Assembly: GCA_964016885.1 (NCBI GenBank)
Contig: OZ024743.1
Span: 36,394,001 to 36,458,000 of the forward strand
DNA: 64,000 nt
Origin: Eledone cirrhosa
Taxonomy: Eukaryota
Direction of reading: 5' to 3'
In this document: positions 28,001-43,000 of the stretch, piece by piece
How positions within the stretch are numbered: the first letter of the stretch is position 1
How the letters are laid out: every line of letters begins with the position of its first letter
The notes under the pieces: generated by a model
What the model was told of the DNA's origin: nothing
Seen by the model: the letters and a program-made list of their open reading frames with translations, nothing else
Databases searched by the model: none
Position numbers and translations under genes: made by a program

Positions 28001-31000
28001 GTTCCTCTACAGTCTTTGTTAATGTTCCTCTACAGTCTTTGTTAATGTTCCTCTACAGTCTTTGTTAATGTTCCTCTACGGTCATTGTTAATGTTCCTCT
28101 GCAGTCTTTGTTAATGTTCCTCTACAGTCCTTGTTAATGTTCCTCTACAGTCTTTGTTAATGTTCCTCTACATTCCTTGTTAATGTTCCTCTGCAGTCTT
28201 TGTTAATGTTCCTCTGCAGTCTTTGTTAATGTTCCTCTACAGTCTTTGTTAATGTTCCTCTACAGTCTTTGTTAATGTTCCACTACGGTCTTTGTTATTG
28301 TTCCTCTCCAGTCTTTGTTAATGTTCCTCAACAGTCTTTGTTAATGTTCCTCTCCAGTCTTTGTTAATGTTCCTCTACAGTCTTTGTTAATGTTCCGCTA
28401 CAGTCCTTGTTAATGTTCCTCTACAGTCTTTGTTAATGTTCCTCTACAGTCTTTGTTAATGTTCCTCTACAGTCTTTGTTAATGTTCCTCTACAGTCTTT
28501 GTTAATGTTCCTCTACAGTCTTTGTTAATGTTCCTCTACAGTCCTTGTTAATGTTCCTCAACAGTCTTTGTTAATGTTCCTCCACAGTCCTTGTTAATGT
28601 TCCTCAACAGTCTTTGTTAATGTTCCTCTACAGTCCTTGTTAATGTTCCTCAACAGTCTTTGTTAATGTTCCTCTACAGTCCTTGTTAATGTTCCTCTAC
28701 AGTCTTTGTTAATGTTCCTCTGCAGTCTTTGTTAATGTTCCTCTACAGTCCTTGTTAATGTTCCTCTATAGTCTTTGTTAATGTTCCTCTACAGTCCCTG
28801 TTAATGTTCCTCTACAGTCCTTGTTAATTTCCTCTACAGTCTTTGTTAATGTTCCTCTACAGTCTTTGTTTATGTTCCTCAACAGTCTTTGTTAATGTTC
28901 CTCTACAGTCCTTGTTAATGTTCCTCTACAGTCTTTGTTAATGTTCCTCAAAGTCTTTGTTAATGTTCCTCTCCAGTCTTTGTTAATGTTCCTCTACAGT
29001 CTTTGTTAATGTTCCGCTACAGTCCTTGTTAATGTTCCTCTACAGTCTTTGTTAATGTTCCTCTACAGTCTTTGTTAATGTTCCTCTACAGTCTTTGTTA
29101 ATGTTCCTCTACAGTCTTTGTTAATGTTCCTCTACAGTCCTTGTTAATGTTCCTCAACAGTCTTTGTTAATGTTCCCCTACAGTCCTTGTTAATGTTCCT
29201 CAACAGTCTTTGTTAATCTTCCTCTACAGTCCTTGTTAATGTTCCTCAACAGTCTTTGTTAATGTTCCTCTACAGTCCTTGTTAATGTTCCTCTACAGTC
29301 TTTGTTAATGTTCCTCTGCAGTCTTTGTTAATGTTCCTCTACAGTCCTTGTTAATGTTCCTCTATAGTCTTTGTTAATGTTCCTCTACAGTCTCTGTTAA
29401 TGTTCCTCTACAGTCCTTGTTAATTTCCTCTACAGTCTTTGTTAATGTTCCTCTACAGTCTTTGTTTATGTTCCTCTACAGTCTTTGTTAATGTTCCGCT
29501 ACAGTCCTTGTTAATGTTCCTCTACAGTCTTTGTTAATGTTCCTCTGCAGTCTTTGTTAATGTTCCTCTACAGTCCTTGTTAATGTTCCTCTACAGTCTT
29601 TGTTAATGGTCCTCTACAGTCTTTGTTAATGTTCCTCTAGTCTTTGTTAATGTTCCTCTACAGTCTTTGTTAATCTTCCTCTACAGTCTTTGTTAATGTT
29701 CCTCTACAGTCCTTGTTAATGTTCCTCAACCGTCTTTGTTAATGTTCCTCTACAGTCCTTGTTAATGTTCCTCAACAGTCTTTGTTAATGTTCCACTACA
29801 GTCCTTGTTAATTTCCTCTACAGTCTTTGTTAATGTTCCTCTACAGTCTTTGTTAATGTTCCTCTACAGTCTTTGTTAATGTTCCGCTACAGTCCTTGTT
29901 AATGTTCCTCTACAGTCTTTGATAATGGTCCTCTACAGTCTGTGTTAATGTTCCTCTACAGTCTTTGTTAATGTTCCTCTGCAGTCTTTGTTAATGTTCC
30001 TCTACAGTCCTTGTTAATGTTCCTCTACAGTCCTTGTTAATGTTCCTCTACAGTCTTTGTTATTGTTCCTCTACAGTCTTTGTTAATGTTCTTCTACTGT
30101 CTTTGTAAATGTTCCTCTACAGTTTTTTAATGTTCCTCTACAGTCTTTGTTAATGTTCCTCTACAGTCTTTGTTAATGTTCCTCTACAGTCTTTGTTAAT
30201 GTTCCTCTACAGTCTTTGTTAATGTTCCTCTACAATCTTTGTTAATGTTCCTCTACAGTCCTTGTTAATCCTCCTCTACAGTCTTTGTTAATGTTCCTCT
30301 ACAGTCTTTGTAAATGTTCCTCTACAGTTTTTTAATGTTCCTCTACAGTCTTTGTTAATGTTCCTCTACAGTCTTTGTTAATGTTCCTCTACAGTCTTTG
30401 TTAATGTTCCTCTACAGTCTTTGTTAATGTTCCTCTACAATCTTTGTTAATGTTCCTCTACAGTCTTTGTTAATCCTCCTCTACAGTCTTTGTTAAGGTT
30501 CCTCTACAGTCTTTGTAAATGTTCCTCTATAGTTTTTTAATGTTCCTCTACAGTCTTTGTTAATGTTCCTCTACAGTCTTTGTAAATGTTCCTCTACAGT
30601 TTTTTAATGTTCCTCTACAGTCTTTGTTAATGTTCCTCTACAGTCTTTGTTAATGTTCCGCTACAGTCTTTGTTAATGTTCCTCTACAGTCTTTGTTAAT
30701 GTTCCTCTACAGTCTTTGTTAATGTTCCTCTACAGTCTTTGTTAATGTTCCTCTACAATCTTTGTTACGTTCCTCTACAGTCTTTGTTAATGTTCCTCTA
30801 CAGTCTTTGTTAATGTTCCTCTACAATCTTTGTTAATGTTCCTCTACAGTCTTTGTTTATGTTTCTCTACAGTCTTTGTTAATGGTCCTCTACAGTCTTT
30901 GTTAATGTTCCTCTACAATCTTTGTTAATGTTCCTCTACACTCTTTGTTAATGTTCCTCTACAATCTTTGTTAATCTTCCTCTACAGTCTTTGTTAATGT

Positions 31001-34000
31001 TCCCCTACAGTCTTTGTTAATGTTCCTCTACAGTCTTTGTTAATGTTCCTTTACAGTCTTTGTTAATGTTCCTCTACACTCTTTGTTAATGTTCCTCTAC
31101 AGTCGTTGTTAATGTTCCTCTACAGTCTTTGTTAATGTTCCTCTACAGTCCTTGTTAATGTTCCTCTACAGTCTTTGTTAATGGTCCTCTACAGTCTTTG
31201 TTAATGTTCCTCTACATTCCTTGTTAATGTTTCTCTGCAGTCTTTGTTAATGTTCCTCTGCAGTCTTTGTTAATGTTCCTCTACAGTCTTTGTTAATGTT
31301 CCTCTACAGTCTTTGTTAATGTTCCACTATGGTCTTTGTTATTGTTCCTCTCCAGTCTTTGTTAATGTTCCTCAACAGTCTTTGTTAATGTTCCTCTCCA
31401 GTCTTTGTTAATGTTCCTCTACAGTCTTTGTTAATGTTCCGCTAAAGTCCTTGTTAATGTTCCTCTACAGTCTTTGTTAATGTTCCTCTACAGTCTTTGT
31501 TAATGTTCCTCTACAGTCTTTGTTAATGTTCCTCTACAGTCTTTGTTAATGTTCCTCTACAGTCTTTGTTAATGTTCCTCTACAGTCTTTGTTAATGTTC
31601 CTCTACAGTCCTTGTTAATGTTCCTCAACAGTCTTTGTTAATGTTCCTCTACAGTCCTTGTTAATGTTCCTCAACAGTCTTTGTTAATGTTCCTCTACAG
31701 TCCTTGTTAATGTTCCTCAACAGTCTTTGTTAATGTTCCTCTACAGTCCTTGTTAATGTTCCTCTACAGTTTTTTAATGTTCCTCTACAGTCTTTGTTAA
31801 TGTTCCTCTACAGTCTTTGTTAATTTTCCTCTACAGTCTTTGTTAATGTTCCTCTACAGTCTTTGTTAATGTTCCTCTACAGTCTTTGTTAATGTTCCTC
31901 TACAGTCTTTGTTAATCTTCCTCTACAGTCTTTGTTAATCTCCCTCTACAGTTTTTGTTAATGTTCCTCTACAGTCTTTGTTAATGTTCCTCTACAGTCT
32001 TTGTTAATGTTCCTCTACAGTCTTTGTTAATGTTCCTCTACAATCTTTGTTATGTTCCTCTACAGTCTTTGTTAATGTTCCTCTACAATCTTTGATAATG
32101 TTCCTCTACAGTCTTTGTTTATGTTTCTCTACAGTCTTTGTTAATGGTCCTCTACAGTCTTTGTTAATGTTCCTCTACAATCTTTGTTAATGTTCCTCTA
32201 CACTCTTTGTTAATGTTCCTCTACAATCTTTGTTAATCTCCCTCTACAGTCTTTGTTAATGTTCCTCTACAGTCTTTGTTAATGTTCCTCTACAGTCTTT
32301 GTTAATGTTCCCCTACAGTCTTTGTTATTGTTCCTCTACAGTCTTTGTTAATGTTCTTCTACAGTCTTTGTTAATGTTCCTCTACACTCTTTGTTAATGT
32401 TCCTCTACAGTCGTTGTTAATGTTCCTCTACAGTCTTTGTTAATCTTCCTCTACAGTCCTTGTTAATGTTCCTCTACAGTCTTTGTTAATGGTCCTCTAC
32501 AGTCTTTGTTAATGTTCCTCTATAGTCTTTGTTAATGTTTCTCTACAGTCCTTGTTAATGTTCCTCTACAGTCTTTGTTAACGTTCCTCTGCAGTCTTTG
32601 TTAATGTTCCTCTACAGTCTTTGTTAATGTTCCTCTACAGTCTTTGTTAATGTTCCTCTACAGTCTTTGTTAATGTTCCTCTACGGTCATTGTTAATGTT
32701 CCTCTGCAGTCTTTGTTAATGTTCCTCTACAGTCCTTGTTAATGTTCCTCTACAGTCTTTGTTAATGTTCCTCTACATTCCTTGTTAATGTTCCTCTGCA
32801 GTCTTTGTTAATGTTCCTCTGCAGTCTTTGTTAATGTTCCTCTACAGTCTTTGTTAATGTTCCTCTACAGTCTTTGTTAATGTTCCACTACGGTCTTTGT
32901 TATTGTTCCTCTCCAGTCTTTGTTAATGTTCCTCAACAGTCTTTGTTAATGTTCCTCTCCAGTCTTTGTTAATGTTCCTCTACAGTCTTTGTTAATGTTC
33001 CGCTACAGTCCTTGTTAATGTTCCTCTACAGTCTTTGTTAATGTTCCTCTACAGTCTTTGTTAATGTTCCTCTACAGTCTTTGTTAATGTTCCTCTACAG
33101 TCTTTGTTAATGTTCCTCTACAGTCTTTGTTAATGTTCCTCTACAGTCCTTGTTAATGTTCCTCAACAGTCTTTGTTAATGTTCCTCTACAGTCCTTGTT
33201 AATGTTCCTCAACAGTCTTTGTTAATGTTCCTCTACAGTCCTTGTTAATGTTCCTCAACAGTCTTTGTTAATGTTCCTCTACAGTCCTTGTTAATGTTCC
33301 TCTACAGTCTTTGTTAATGTTCCTCTGCAGTCTTTGTTAATGTTCCTCTACAGTCCTTGTTAATGTTCCTCTATAGTCTTTGTTAATGTTCCTCTACAGT
33401 CCCTGTTAATGTTCCTCTACAGTCCTTGTTAATTTCCTCTACAGTCTTTGTTAATGTTCCTCTACAGTCTTTGTTTATGTTCCTCAACAGTCTTTGTTAA
33501 TGTTCCTCTACAGTCCTTGTTAATGTTCCTCTACAGTCTTTGTTAATGTTCCTCAACAGTCTTTGTTAATGTTCCTCTCCAGTCTTTGTGAATGTTCCTC
33601 TACAGTCTTTGTTAATGTTCCGCTACAGTCCTTGTTAATGTTCCTCTACAGTCTTTGTTAATGTTCCTCTACAGTCTTTGTTAATGTTCCTCTACAGTCT
33701 TTGTTAATGTTCCTCTACAGTCTTTGTTAATGTTCCTCTACAGTCCTTGTTAATGTTCCTCAACAGTCTTTGTTAATGTTCCCCTACAGTCCTTGTTAAT
33801 GTTCCTCAACAGTCTTTGTTAATCTTCCTCTACAGTCCTTGTTAATGTTCCTCAACAGTCTTTGTTAATGTTCCTCTACAGTCCTTGTTAATGTTCCTCT
33901 ACAGTCTTTGTTAATGTTCCTCTGCAGTCTTTGTTAATGTTCCTCTACAGTCCTTGTTAATGTTCCTCTATAGTCTTTGTTAATGTTCCTCTACAGTCTC

Positions 34001-37000
34001 TGTTAATGTTCCTCTACAGTCCTTGTTAATTTCCTCTACAGTCTTTGTTAATGTTCCTCTACAGTCTTTGTTTATGTTCCTCTACAGTCTTTGTTAATGT
34101 TCCGCTACAGTCCTTGTTAATGTTCCTCTACAGTCTTTGTTAATGTTCCTCTGCAGTCTTTGTTAATGTTCCTCTACAATCCTTGTTAATGTTCCTCTAC
34201 AGTCTTTGTTAATGGTCCTCTACAGTCTTTGTTAATGTTCCTCTAGTCTTTGTTAATGTTCCTCTACAGTCTTTGTTAATCTTCCTCTACAGTCTTTGTT
34301 AATGTTCCTCTACAGTCTTTGTTAATGTTCCTCTACAGTCTTTGTAAATGTTCCTCTACAGTTTTTTAATGTTCCTCTACAGTCTTTGTTAATGTTCCTC
34401 TACAGTCTTTGTAAATGTTCCTCTGCAGTTTTTTAATGTTCCTCTACAGTCTTTGTTAATGTTCCTCTACAGTCTTTGTTAATGTTTCTCTACAGTCTTT
34501 GTTAATGTTCCTCTACAGTCTTTGTTAATGTTCCTCCACAGTCTTTGTTAATGTTCCTCTACAGTCTTTGTTAATGTTCCTCTACAGTCTTTGTTAATCT
34601 TCCTCTACAGTCTTTGTTAATGTTCCTCTACAGTCTTCGTTAATGTTCCTCTACAGTCCTTGTTAATGTTCCTCTACAGTCTTTGTTAATGTTCCTCTAC
34701 AGTCTTTGTTAATGTTCCTCTACAATCTTTGTTATGTTCCTCTACAGTCTTTGTTAATGTTCCTCCACAGTCTTTGATAATGTTCCTCTACAGTCTTTGT
34801 TAATGTTCCTCTACAGTCTTTGTTAATCTTCCTCTACAGTCTTTGTTAATGTTCCTCTACAGTCTTTGTTAATGTTCCCCTACAGTCTTTGTTAATGTTC
34901 CTCTACAGTCTTTGTTAATGTTCCTCTACAGTCTTTGTTAATGTTCCTCTACACACTTTGTTAATGTTCCTCTACAGTCTTTGTTAATGGTCCTCTACAG
35001 TCTTTGTTAATGTTCCTCTACAGTCTTTGTTAATGTTCCTCTACAGTCGTTGTTAATGTTCCTGTACTGTCTTTGTTAATGTTCCTCTACAGTCCTTGTT
35101 AATGTTCCTCTACAGTCTTTGTTAATGGTCCTCTAAAGTCTTTGTTAATGTTCCTCTACAGTCTTTGTTAATGTTCCTCTACAGTCCTTGTTAATGTTCC
35201 TCTACAGTCTTTGTTAATGGTCCTCTACAGTCTTTGTTAATGTTCCTCTACAATCTTTGTTAATGTTCCTCTACAGTCCTTGTTAATGTTCCTCTACAGT
35301 CTTTGTTAATGTTCCTCTGCAGTCTTTGTTAATGTTCCTCTACAGTCTTTGTTAATGTTCCTCTACAGTCTTTGTTAATGTTCCTCTACAGTCTTTGTTA
35401 ATGTTCCTCTACGGTCTTTGTTAATGTTCCTCTGCAGTCTTTGTTAATGTTCCACTACAGTCCTTGTTAATGTTCCTCTACAGTCTTTGTTAATGTTCCT
35501 CTACATTCCTTGTTAATGTTCCTCTGCAGTCTTTGTTAATGTTCCTCTGCAGTCTTTGTTAATGTTCCTCTACAGTCTTTGTTAATGTTCCTCTACAGTC
35601 TTTGTTAATGTTCCACTACGGTCTTTGTTATTGTTCCTCTCCAGTCTTTGTTAATGTTCCTCTACAGTCTTTGTTAATGTTCCTCTCCAGTCTTTGTTAA
35701 TGTTCCTCTACAGTCTTTGTTAATGTTCCTCTACAGTCTTTGTTAATGTTCCTCTACAGTCCTTGTTAATGTTCCTCTACAGTCTTTGTTAATGTTCCTC
35801 TACAGTCTTTGTTAATGTTCCTCTACGGTCTTTGTTAATGTTCCGCTACAGTCCTTGTTAATGTTCCTCTACAGTCTTTGTTAATGTTCCTCTGCAGTCT
35901 TTGTTAATGTTCCTCTACAGTCTTTGTTAATGTTCCTCTACAGTCTTTGTTAATGTTCCTCTACAGTCCTTGTTAATGTTCCTCTACAGTCTTTGTTAAT
36001 GTTCCTCTACAGTCCTTGTTAATGTTCCTCAACAGTCTTTGTTAATGTTCCTCTACAGTCCTTGTTAATGTTCCTCAACAGTCTGTGTTAATGTTCCTCT
36101 ACAGTCCTTGTTAATGTTCCTCTACAGTCTTTGTTAATGTTCCTCTGCAGTCTTTGTTAATGTCCCTCTACAGTCCTTGTTAATGTTCCTCTACAGTCTT
36201 TGTTAATGTTTCTCTACAGTCCTTGTTAATGTTCCTCTACAGTCCTTGTTAATTTCCTCTACAGTCTTTGTAAATGTTCCTCTACAGTCTTTGTTAATGT
36301 TCCTCTACAGTCTTTGTTAATGTTCCGCTACAGTCCTTGTTAATGTTCCTCTACAGTCTTTGTTAATGGTCCTCTACAGTCTTTGTTAATGTTCCTCTAC
36401 AGTCTTTGTTAATGTTCCTCTACAGTCTTTGTTAATGTTCCTCTACAGTCTTTGTTAATCTTCCTCTACAGTCTTTGTTAATGTTCCTCTACAGTCTTTG
36501 TAAATGTTCCTCTACAGTTTTTTAATGTTCCTCTACAGTCTTTGTTAATGTTCCTCTACAGTCTTTGTAAATGTTCCTCTACAGTGTTTTAATGTTCCTC
36601 TACAGTCTTTGTTAATGTTCCTCTACAGTCTTTGTTAATGTTCCTCTACAGTCTTTGTTAATCTTCCTCTACAGTCTTTGCTAATGTTCCTCTACAGTCT
36701 TTGTTAATGTTCCTCTACAGTCTTTGTTTATGTTCCTCTACAGTCTTTGTTAATGTTCCTCTATAGTCCTTGTTATTGTTCTTCTACAGTCCTCTCTACA
36801 GTCTTTGTTAATGTTCCCCTACTGTCTTTGTTAATGTTCACCTACAGCCCTTGTTAATGTTCCCTACAGTCTTTGTTAATGTTCCTCTACAGTCCTTGTT
36901 AATGTTCCTCTATAGTCCTTGTTATTGTTCCTCTACAGTCCTCTCTACAGTCTTTGTAAATGTTCCTCTACAGTTTTTTAATGTTCCTCTACAGTCTTTG

Positions 37001-40000
37001 TTAATGTTCCTCTACAGTCTTTGTTAATGTTCCTCTACAGTCTTTGTTAATCATCCTCTACAGTCTTTGTTAATGTTCCTCTACAGTCTTTGTTAATGTT
37101 CCTCTACAGTCTTTGTTTATGTTCCTCTACAGTCTTTGTTAATGTTCCTCTACAATCTTTGTTATGTTCCTCTACAGTCTTTGTTAATGTTCCTCTACAG
37201 TCGTTGTTAATGTTCCTCTACAGTCTTTGTTAATGTTCCTCTACAGTCCTTGTTAATGTTCCTCTACAGTCTTTGTTAATGTTCCTCTACAGTCTTTGTT
37301 AATGTTCCGCTACAGTCCTTGTTATTGTTCTTCTACAGTCCTCTCTACAGTCTTTGTTAATGTTCCCCTACTGTCTTTGTTAATGTTCACCTACAGCCCT
37401 TGTTAATGTTCCCTACAGTCTTTGTTAATGTTCCTCTACAGTCCTTGTTAATGTTCCTCTATAGTCCTTGTTATTGTTCCTCTACAGTCCTCTCTACAGT
37501 CTTTGTTAATGTTCCCCTACTCTCTTTGTTAATGTTCCCCTACAGCCCTCGTTAATGTGCCCTACAGTCTTTGTTAATGTTCCTCTACAGTCCTTGTTAA
37601 TGTTCCTCTATAGTCCTTGTTATTGTTCCTCTACAGTCCTTGTTAATGTTCCTCTACAGTCCTTGTTAATGTTCCTCTACAGTCCTTGTTAATGTTCCTC
37701 TACAGTCCTTGTTAATGTTCCTCTACAGTCTTTGTTAATGTGCCTCTACAGTCTTTGTTAATGTTCCTCTACAGTCTTTGTTAATGTTCCTCTACAGTCT
37801 TTGTTAATGTTCCTCTACAGTCCTTGTTAATGTTCCTCTACAGTCTTTGTTAATGTTCCTCTACAGTCTTTGTTAATGTTCCTCTACAGCCTTTGTTAAT
37901 GTTCCTCTACATTCTTTGTTAATGCTCCCCTACTGTCTTTGTTAATGTTACCCTACTGTCTTTGTTAATGTTCCCCTACATCCCTTGTTAATGTTCCCTA
38001 CAGTCTTTGTTAATGTTCCTCTACAGTCCTTGTTAATGTTCCTCTATAGTCCTTGTTATTGTTCTTCTACAGTCCTCTCTACAGTCTTTGTTTATGTTCC
38101 TCTACAGTCTTTGTTAATGTTCCTCTATAGTCCTTGTTATTGTTCTTCTACAGTCCTCTCTACAGTCTTTGTTAATGTTCCCCTACTGTCTTTGTTAATG
38201 TTCACCTACAGCCCTTGTTAATGTTCCCTACAGTCTTTGTTAATGTTCCTCTACAGTCCTTGTTAATGTTCCTCTATAGTCCTTGTTATTGTTCCTCTAC
38301 AGTCCTCTCTACAGTCTTTGTAAATGTTCCTCTACAGTTTTTTAATGTTCCTCTACAGTCTTTGTTAATGTTCCTCTACAGTCTTTGTTAATGTTCCTCT
38401 ACAGTCTTTGTTAATCATCCTCTACAGTCTTTGTTAATGTTCCTCTACAGTCTTTGTTAATGTTCCTCTACAGTCTTTGTTTATGTTCCTCTACAGTCTT
38501 TGTTAATGTTCCTCTACAATCTTTGTTATGTTCCTCTACAGTCTTTGTTAATGTTCCTCTACAGTCGTTGTTAATGTTCCTCTACAGTCTTTGTTAATGT
38601 TCCTCTACAGTCCTTGTTAATGTTCCTCTACAGTCTTTGTTAATGTTCCTCTACAGTCTTTGTTAATGTTCCGCTACAGTCCTTGTTATTGTTCTTCTAC
38701 AGTCCTCTCTACAGTCTTTGTTAATGTTCCCCTACTGTCTTTGTTAATGTTCACCTACAGCCCTTGTTAATGTTCCCTACAGTCTTTGTTAATGTTCCTC
38801 TACAGTCCTTGTTAATGTTCCTCTATAGTCCTTGTTATTGTTCCTCTACAGTCCTCTCTACAGTCTTTGTTAATGTTCCCCTACTCTCTTTGTTAATGTT
38901 CCCCTACAGCCCTTGTTAATGTGCCCTACAGTCTTTGTTAATGTTCCTCTACAGTCCTTGTTAATGTTCCTCTATAGTCCTTGTTATTGTTCCTCTACAG
39001 TCCTTGTTAATGTTCCTCTACAGTCCTTGTTAATGTTCCTCTACAGTCCTTGTTAATGTTCCTCTACAGTCCTTGTTAATGTTCCTCTACAGTCTTTGTT
39101 AATGTGCCTCTACAGTCTTTGTTAATGTTCCTCTACAGTCTTTGTTAATGTTCCTCTACAGTCTTTGTTAATGTTCCTCTACAGTCCTTGTTAATGTTGC
39201 TCTACAGTCTTTGTTAATGTTCCTCTACAGTCTTTGTTAATGTTCCTCTACAGCCTTTGTTAATGTTCCTCTACATTCTTTGTTAATGCTCCCCTACTGT
39301 CTTTGTTAATGTTACCCTACTGTCTTTGTTAATGTTCCCCTACATCCCTTGTTAATGTTCCCTACAGTCTTTGTTAATGTTCCTCTACAGTCCTTGTTAA
39401 TGTTCCTCTATAGTCCTTGTTATTGTTCTTCTACAGTCCTCTCTACAGTCTTTGTTAATGTTCCCCTACTGTCTTTGTTAATGTTCACCTACAGCCCTTG
39501 TTAATGTTCCCTACAGTCTTTGTTAATGTTCCTCTACAGTCCTTGTTAATGTTCCTCTATAGTCCTTGTTATTGTTCCTCTACAGTCCTCTCTACAGTCT
39601 TTGTAAATGTTCCTCTACAGTTTTTTAATGTTCCTCTACAGTCTTTGTTAATGTTCCTCTACAGTCTTTGTTAATGTTCCTCTACAGTCTTTGTTAATCT
39701 TCCTCTACAGTCTTTGTTAATGTTCCTCTACAGTCTTTGTTAATGTTCCTCTACAGTCTTTGTTTATGTTCCTCTACAGTCTTTGTTAATGTTCCTCTAC
39801 AATCTTTGTTATGTTCCTCTACAGTCTTTGTTAATGTTCCTCTACAGTCGTTGTTAATGTTCCTCTACAGTCTTTGTTAATGTTCCTCTACAGTCCTTGT
39901 TAATGTTCCTCTACAGTCTTTGTTAATGTTCCTCTACAGTCTTTGTTAATGTTCCGCTACAGTCCTTGTTAATGTTCCTCTACAGTCTTTGTTAATGTTC

Positions 40001-43000
40001 CGCTACAGTCCTTGTAAATGTTCCTCTACAGTCTTTGTTAATGGTCCTCTACAGTCTTTGTTAATGTGCCTCTACAGTCTTTGTTAATGTTCCTCTACCG
40101 TCCTTGTTAATGTTCCTCTACTGTCTTTGTTAATGTTCCTCTACAGTCTTTGTTAATGTTCCTCTACAGTCTTTGTTAATGTTCCTCTACAGTCTTTGTT
40201 AATGTTCCTCTACAGTCCTTGTTAATGTTCCTCTACAGTCTTTGTTAATGTTCCTCTACAGTCTTTGTTAATGTTCCTCTACAGTCTTTGTTAATGTTCC
40301 TCTACATTCTTTGTTAATGCTCCCCTACTGTCTTTGTTAATGTTCCCTTTCTGTCTTTGTTAATGTTCCCCTACAGCCCTTGTTAATGTTCCCTACAGTC
40401 TTTGTTAATGTTCCTCTACAGTCCTTGTTAATGTTCCTCTATAGTCCTTGTTATTGTTCTTCTACAGTCCTCTCTACAGTCTTTGTTAATGTTCCCCTAC
40501 TGTCTTTGTTAATGTTCACCTACAGCCCTTGTTAATGTTCCCTACAGTCTTTGTTAATGTTCCTCTACAGTCCTTGTTAATGTTCCTCTATAGTCCTTGT
40601 TATTGTTCCTCTACAGTCCTCTCTACAGTCTTTGTAAATGTTCCTCTACAGTTTTTTAATGTTCCTCTACAGTCTTTGTGAATGTTCCTCTACAGTCTTT
40701 GTTAATGTTCCTCTACAGTCTTTGTTAATCTTCCTCTACAGTCTTTGTTAATGTTCCTCTACAGTCTTTGTTAATGTTCCTCTACAATCTTTGTTATGTT
40801 CCTCTACAGTCTTTGTTAATGTTCCTCTACAGTCGTTGTTAATGTTCCTCTACAGTCTTTGTTATTGTTCCTCTACAGTCCTTGTTAATGTTCCTCTACA
40901 GTCTTTGTTAATGGTCCTCTACAGTCTTTGTTAATGTTCCTCTATAGTCTTTGTTAATGTTCCTCTACAGTCCTTGTTAATGTTCCTCTACAGTCTTTGT
41001 TAATGGTCCTCTACAGTCTTTGTTAATGTTCCTCTACAGTCGTTGTTAATGTTCCTCTACAGTCTTTGTTAATGTTCCTCTACAGTCCTTGTTAATGTCC
41101 GCTACAGTCCTTGTTAATGTTCCTCTACAGTCTTTGTTAATGTTCCTCTACAGTCTTTGTTAATGTTCCTCTACAGTCTTTGTTAATGTTCCTCTACAGT
41201 CTTTGTTATGTTCCTCTACAGTCTTTGTTAATGTTCCTCTACAGTCTTTGTTAATGTTCCTCTACAGTCCTTGTTAATGTTCCTCAACAGTCTTTGTTAA
41301 TGTTCCTCTACAGTCCTTGTTAATGTTCCTCAACAGTCTTTGTTAATGTTCCTCTACAGTCCTTGTTAATGTTCCTCAACAGTCTTTGTTAATGTTCCTC
41401 TACAGTCATTGTTAATGTTCCTCTACAGTCTTTGTTAATGTTCCTCTGCAGTCTTTGTTAATGTTCCTCTACAGTCCTTGTTAATGTTCCTCTACAGTCT
41501 TTGTTAATGTTCCTCTACAGTCCTTGTTAATGTTCCTCTACAGTCCTTGTTAATTTACTCTACAGTCTTTGTTAATGTTCCTCTACAGTCTTTGTTAATG
41601 TTCCTCTACAGTCTTTGTTAATGTTCCGCTACAGTCCTTGTTAATGTTCCTCTACAGTCTTTGTTAATGGTCCTCTACAGTCTTTGTTAATGTTCCTCTA
41701 CAGTCTTTGTTAACGTTCCTCTACAGTCTTTGTTAATGTTCCTCTACAGTCTTTGTTAATGTTCCTCTACAGTCCTTGTTAATGTTCCTCTACAGTCCTT
41801 GTTAATGTTCCTCTACAGTCCTTGTTAATTTCCTCTACAGTCTTTGTTAATGTTCCTCTACAGTCTTTGTTAATGTTCCTCCTCGGTCTTTGTTATTGTT
41901 CCTCTCCAGTCTTTGTTAATGTTCCTCTACAGTCCTTGTGAATTTCCTCTACAGTCTTTGTTAATGTTCCTCTACAGTCTTTGTTAATGTTCCTCTACAG
42001 TCTTTGTTAATGTTCCGCTACAGTCCTTGTTAATGTTCCTCTACAGTCTTTGTTAATGTTCCTCTACAGTCTTTGTTAATGTTCCTCTACGGTCTTTGTT
42101 AATGTTCCGCTACAGTCCTTGTTAATATTCCTCTACAGTCTTTGTTAATGTTCCTCTACAGTCTTTGTTAATGTTCCTCTACAGTCTTTGTTAATGTTCC
42201 TCTACAGTCTTTGTTAATGTTCCTCTACAGTCTTTGTTAATGTTCCTCTACAGTCCTTGTTAATGTTCCTCAACAGTCTTTGTTAATGTTCCTCTACAGT
42301 CCTTGTTAATGTTCCTCAACAGTCTTTGTTAATGTTCCTCTACATTCCTTGTTAATGTTCCTCAACAGTCTTTGTTAATGTTCCTCTACAGTCATTGTTA
42401 ATGTTCCTCTACAGTCTTTGTTAATGTTCCTCTGCAGTCTTTGTTAATGTTCCTCTACAGTCTTTGTTAATGTTCCTCTACAGTCCTTGTTAATGTTCCT
42501 CTACAGTCTTTGTTAATGTTCCTCTACAGTCTTTGTTAATGTTCCTCTACAGTCTTTGTTAATGTTCCTCTACATTCTTTGTTAATGCTCCCCGACTGTC
42601 TTTGTTAATGTTACCCTACTGTCTTTGTTAATGTTCCCCTACAGCCCTTGTTAATGTTCCCTACAGTCTTTGTTAATGTTCCTCTACAGTCCTTGTTAAT
42701 GTTCCTCTATAGTCCTTGTTATTGTTCTTCTACAGTCCTCTCTACAGTCTTTGTTAATGTTCCCCTACTGTCTTTGTTAATGTTCACCTACAGCCCTTGT
42801 TAATGTTCCCTACAGTCTTTGTTAATGTTCCTCTACAGTCCTTGTTAATGTTCCTCTATAGTCCTTGTTATTGTCCCTCTACAGTCCTCTCTACAGTCTT
42901 TGTAAATGTTCCTCTACAGTTTTTTAATGTTCCTCTACAGTCTTTGTTAATGTTCCTCTACAGTCTTTGTTAATGTTCCTCTACAGTCTTTGTTAATCTT

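Noticed and set aside
37985-38221. 78-aa ORF within the satellite (also 55514-55738)
   Set aside because: A chance run where variant monomers remove the in-frame TAA; it is only translated repeat.
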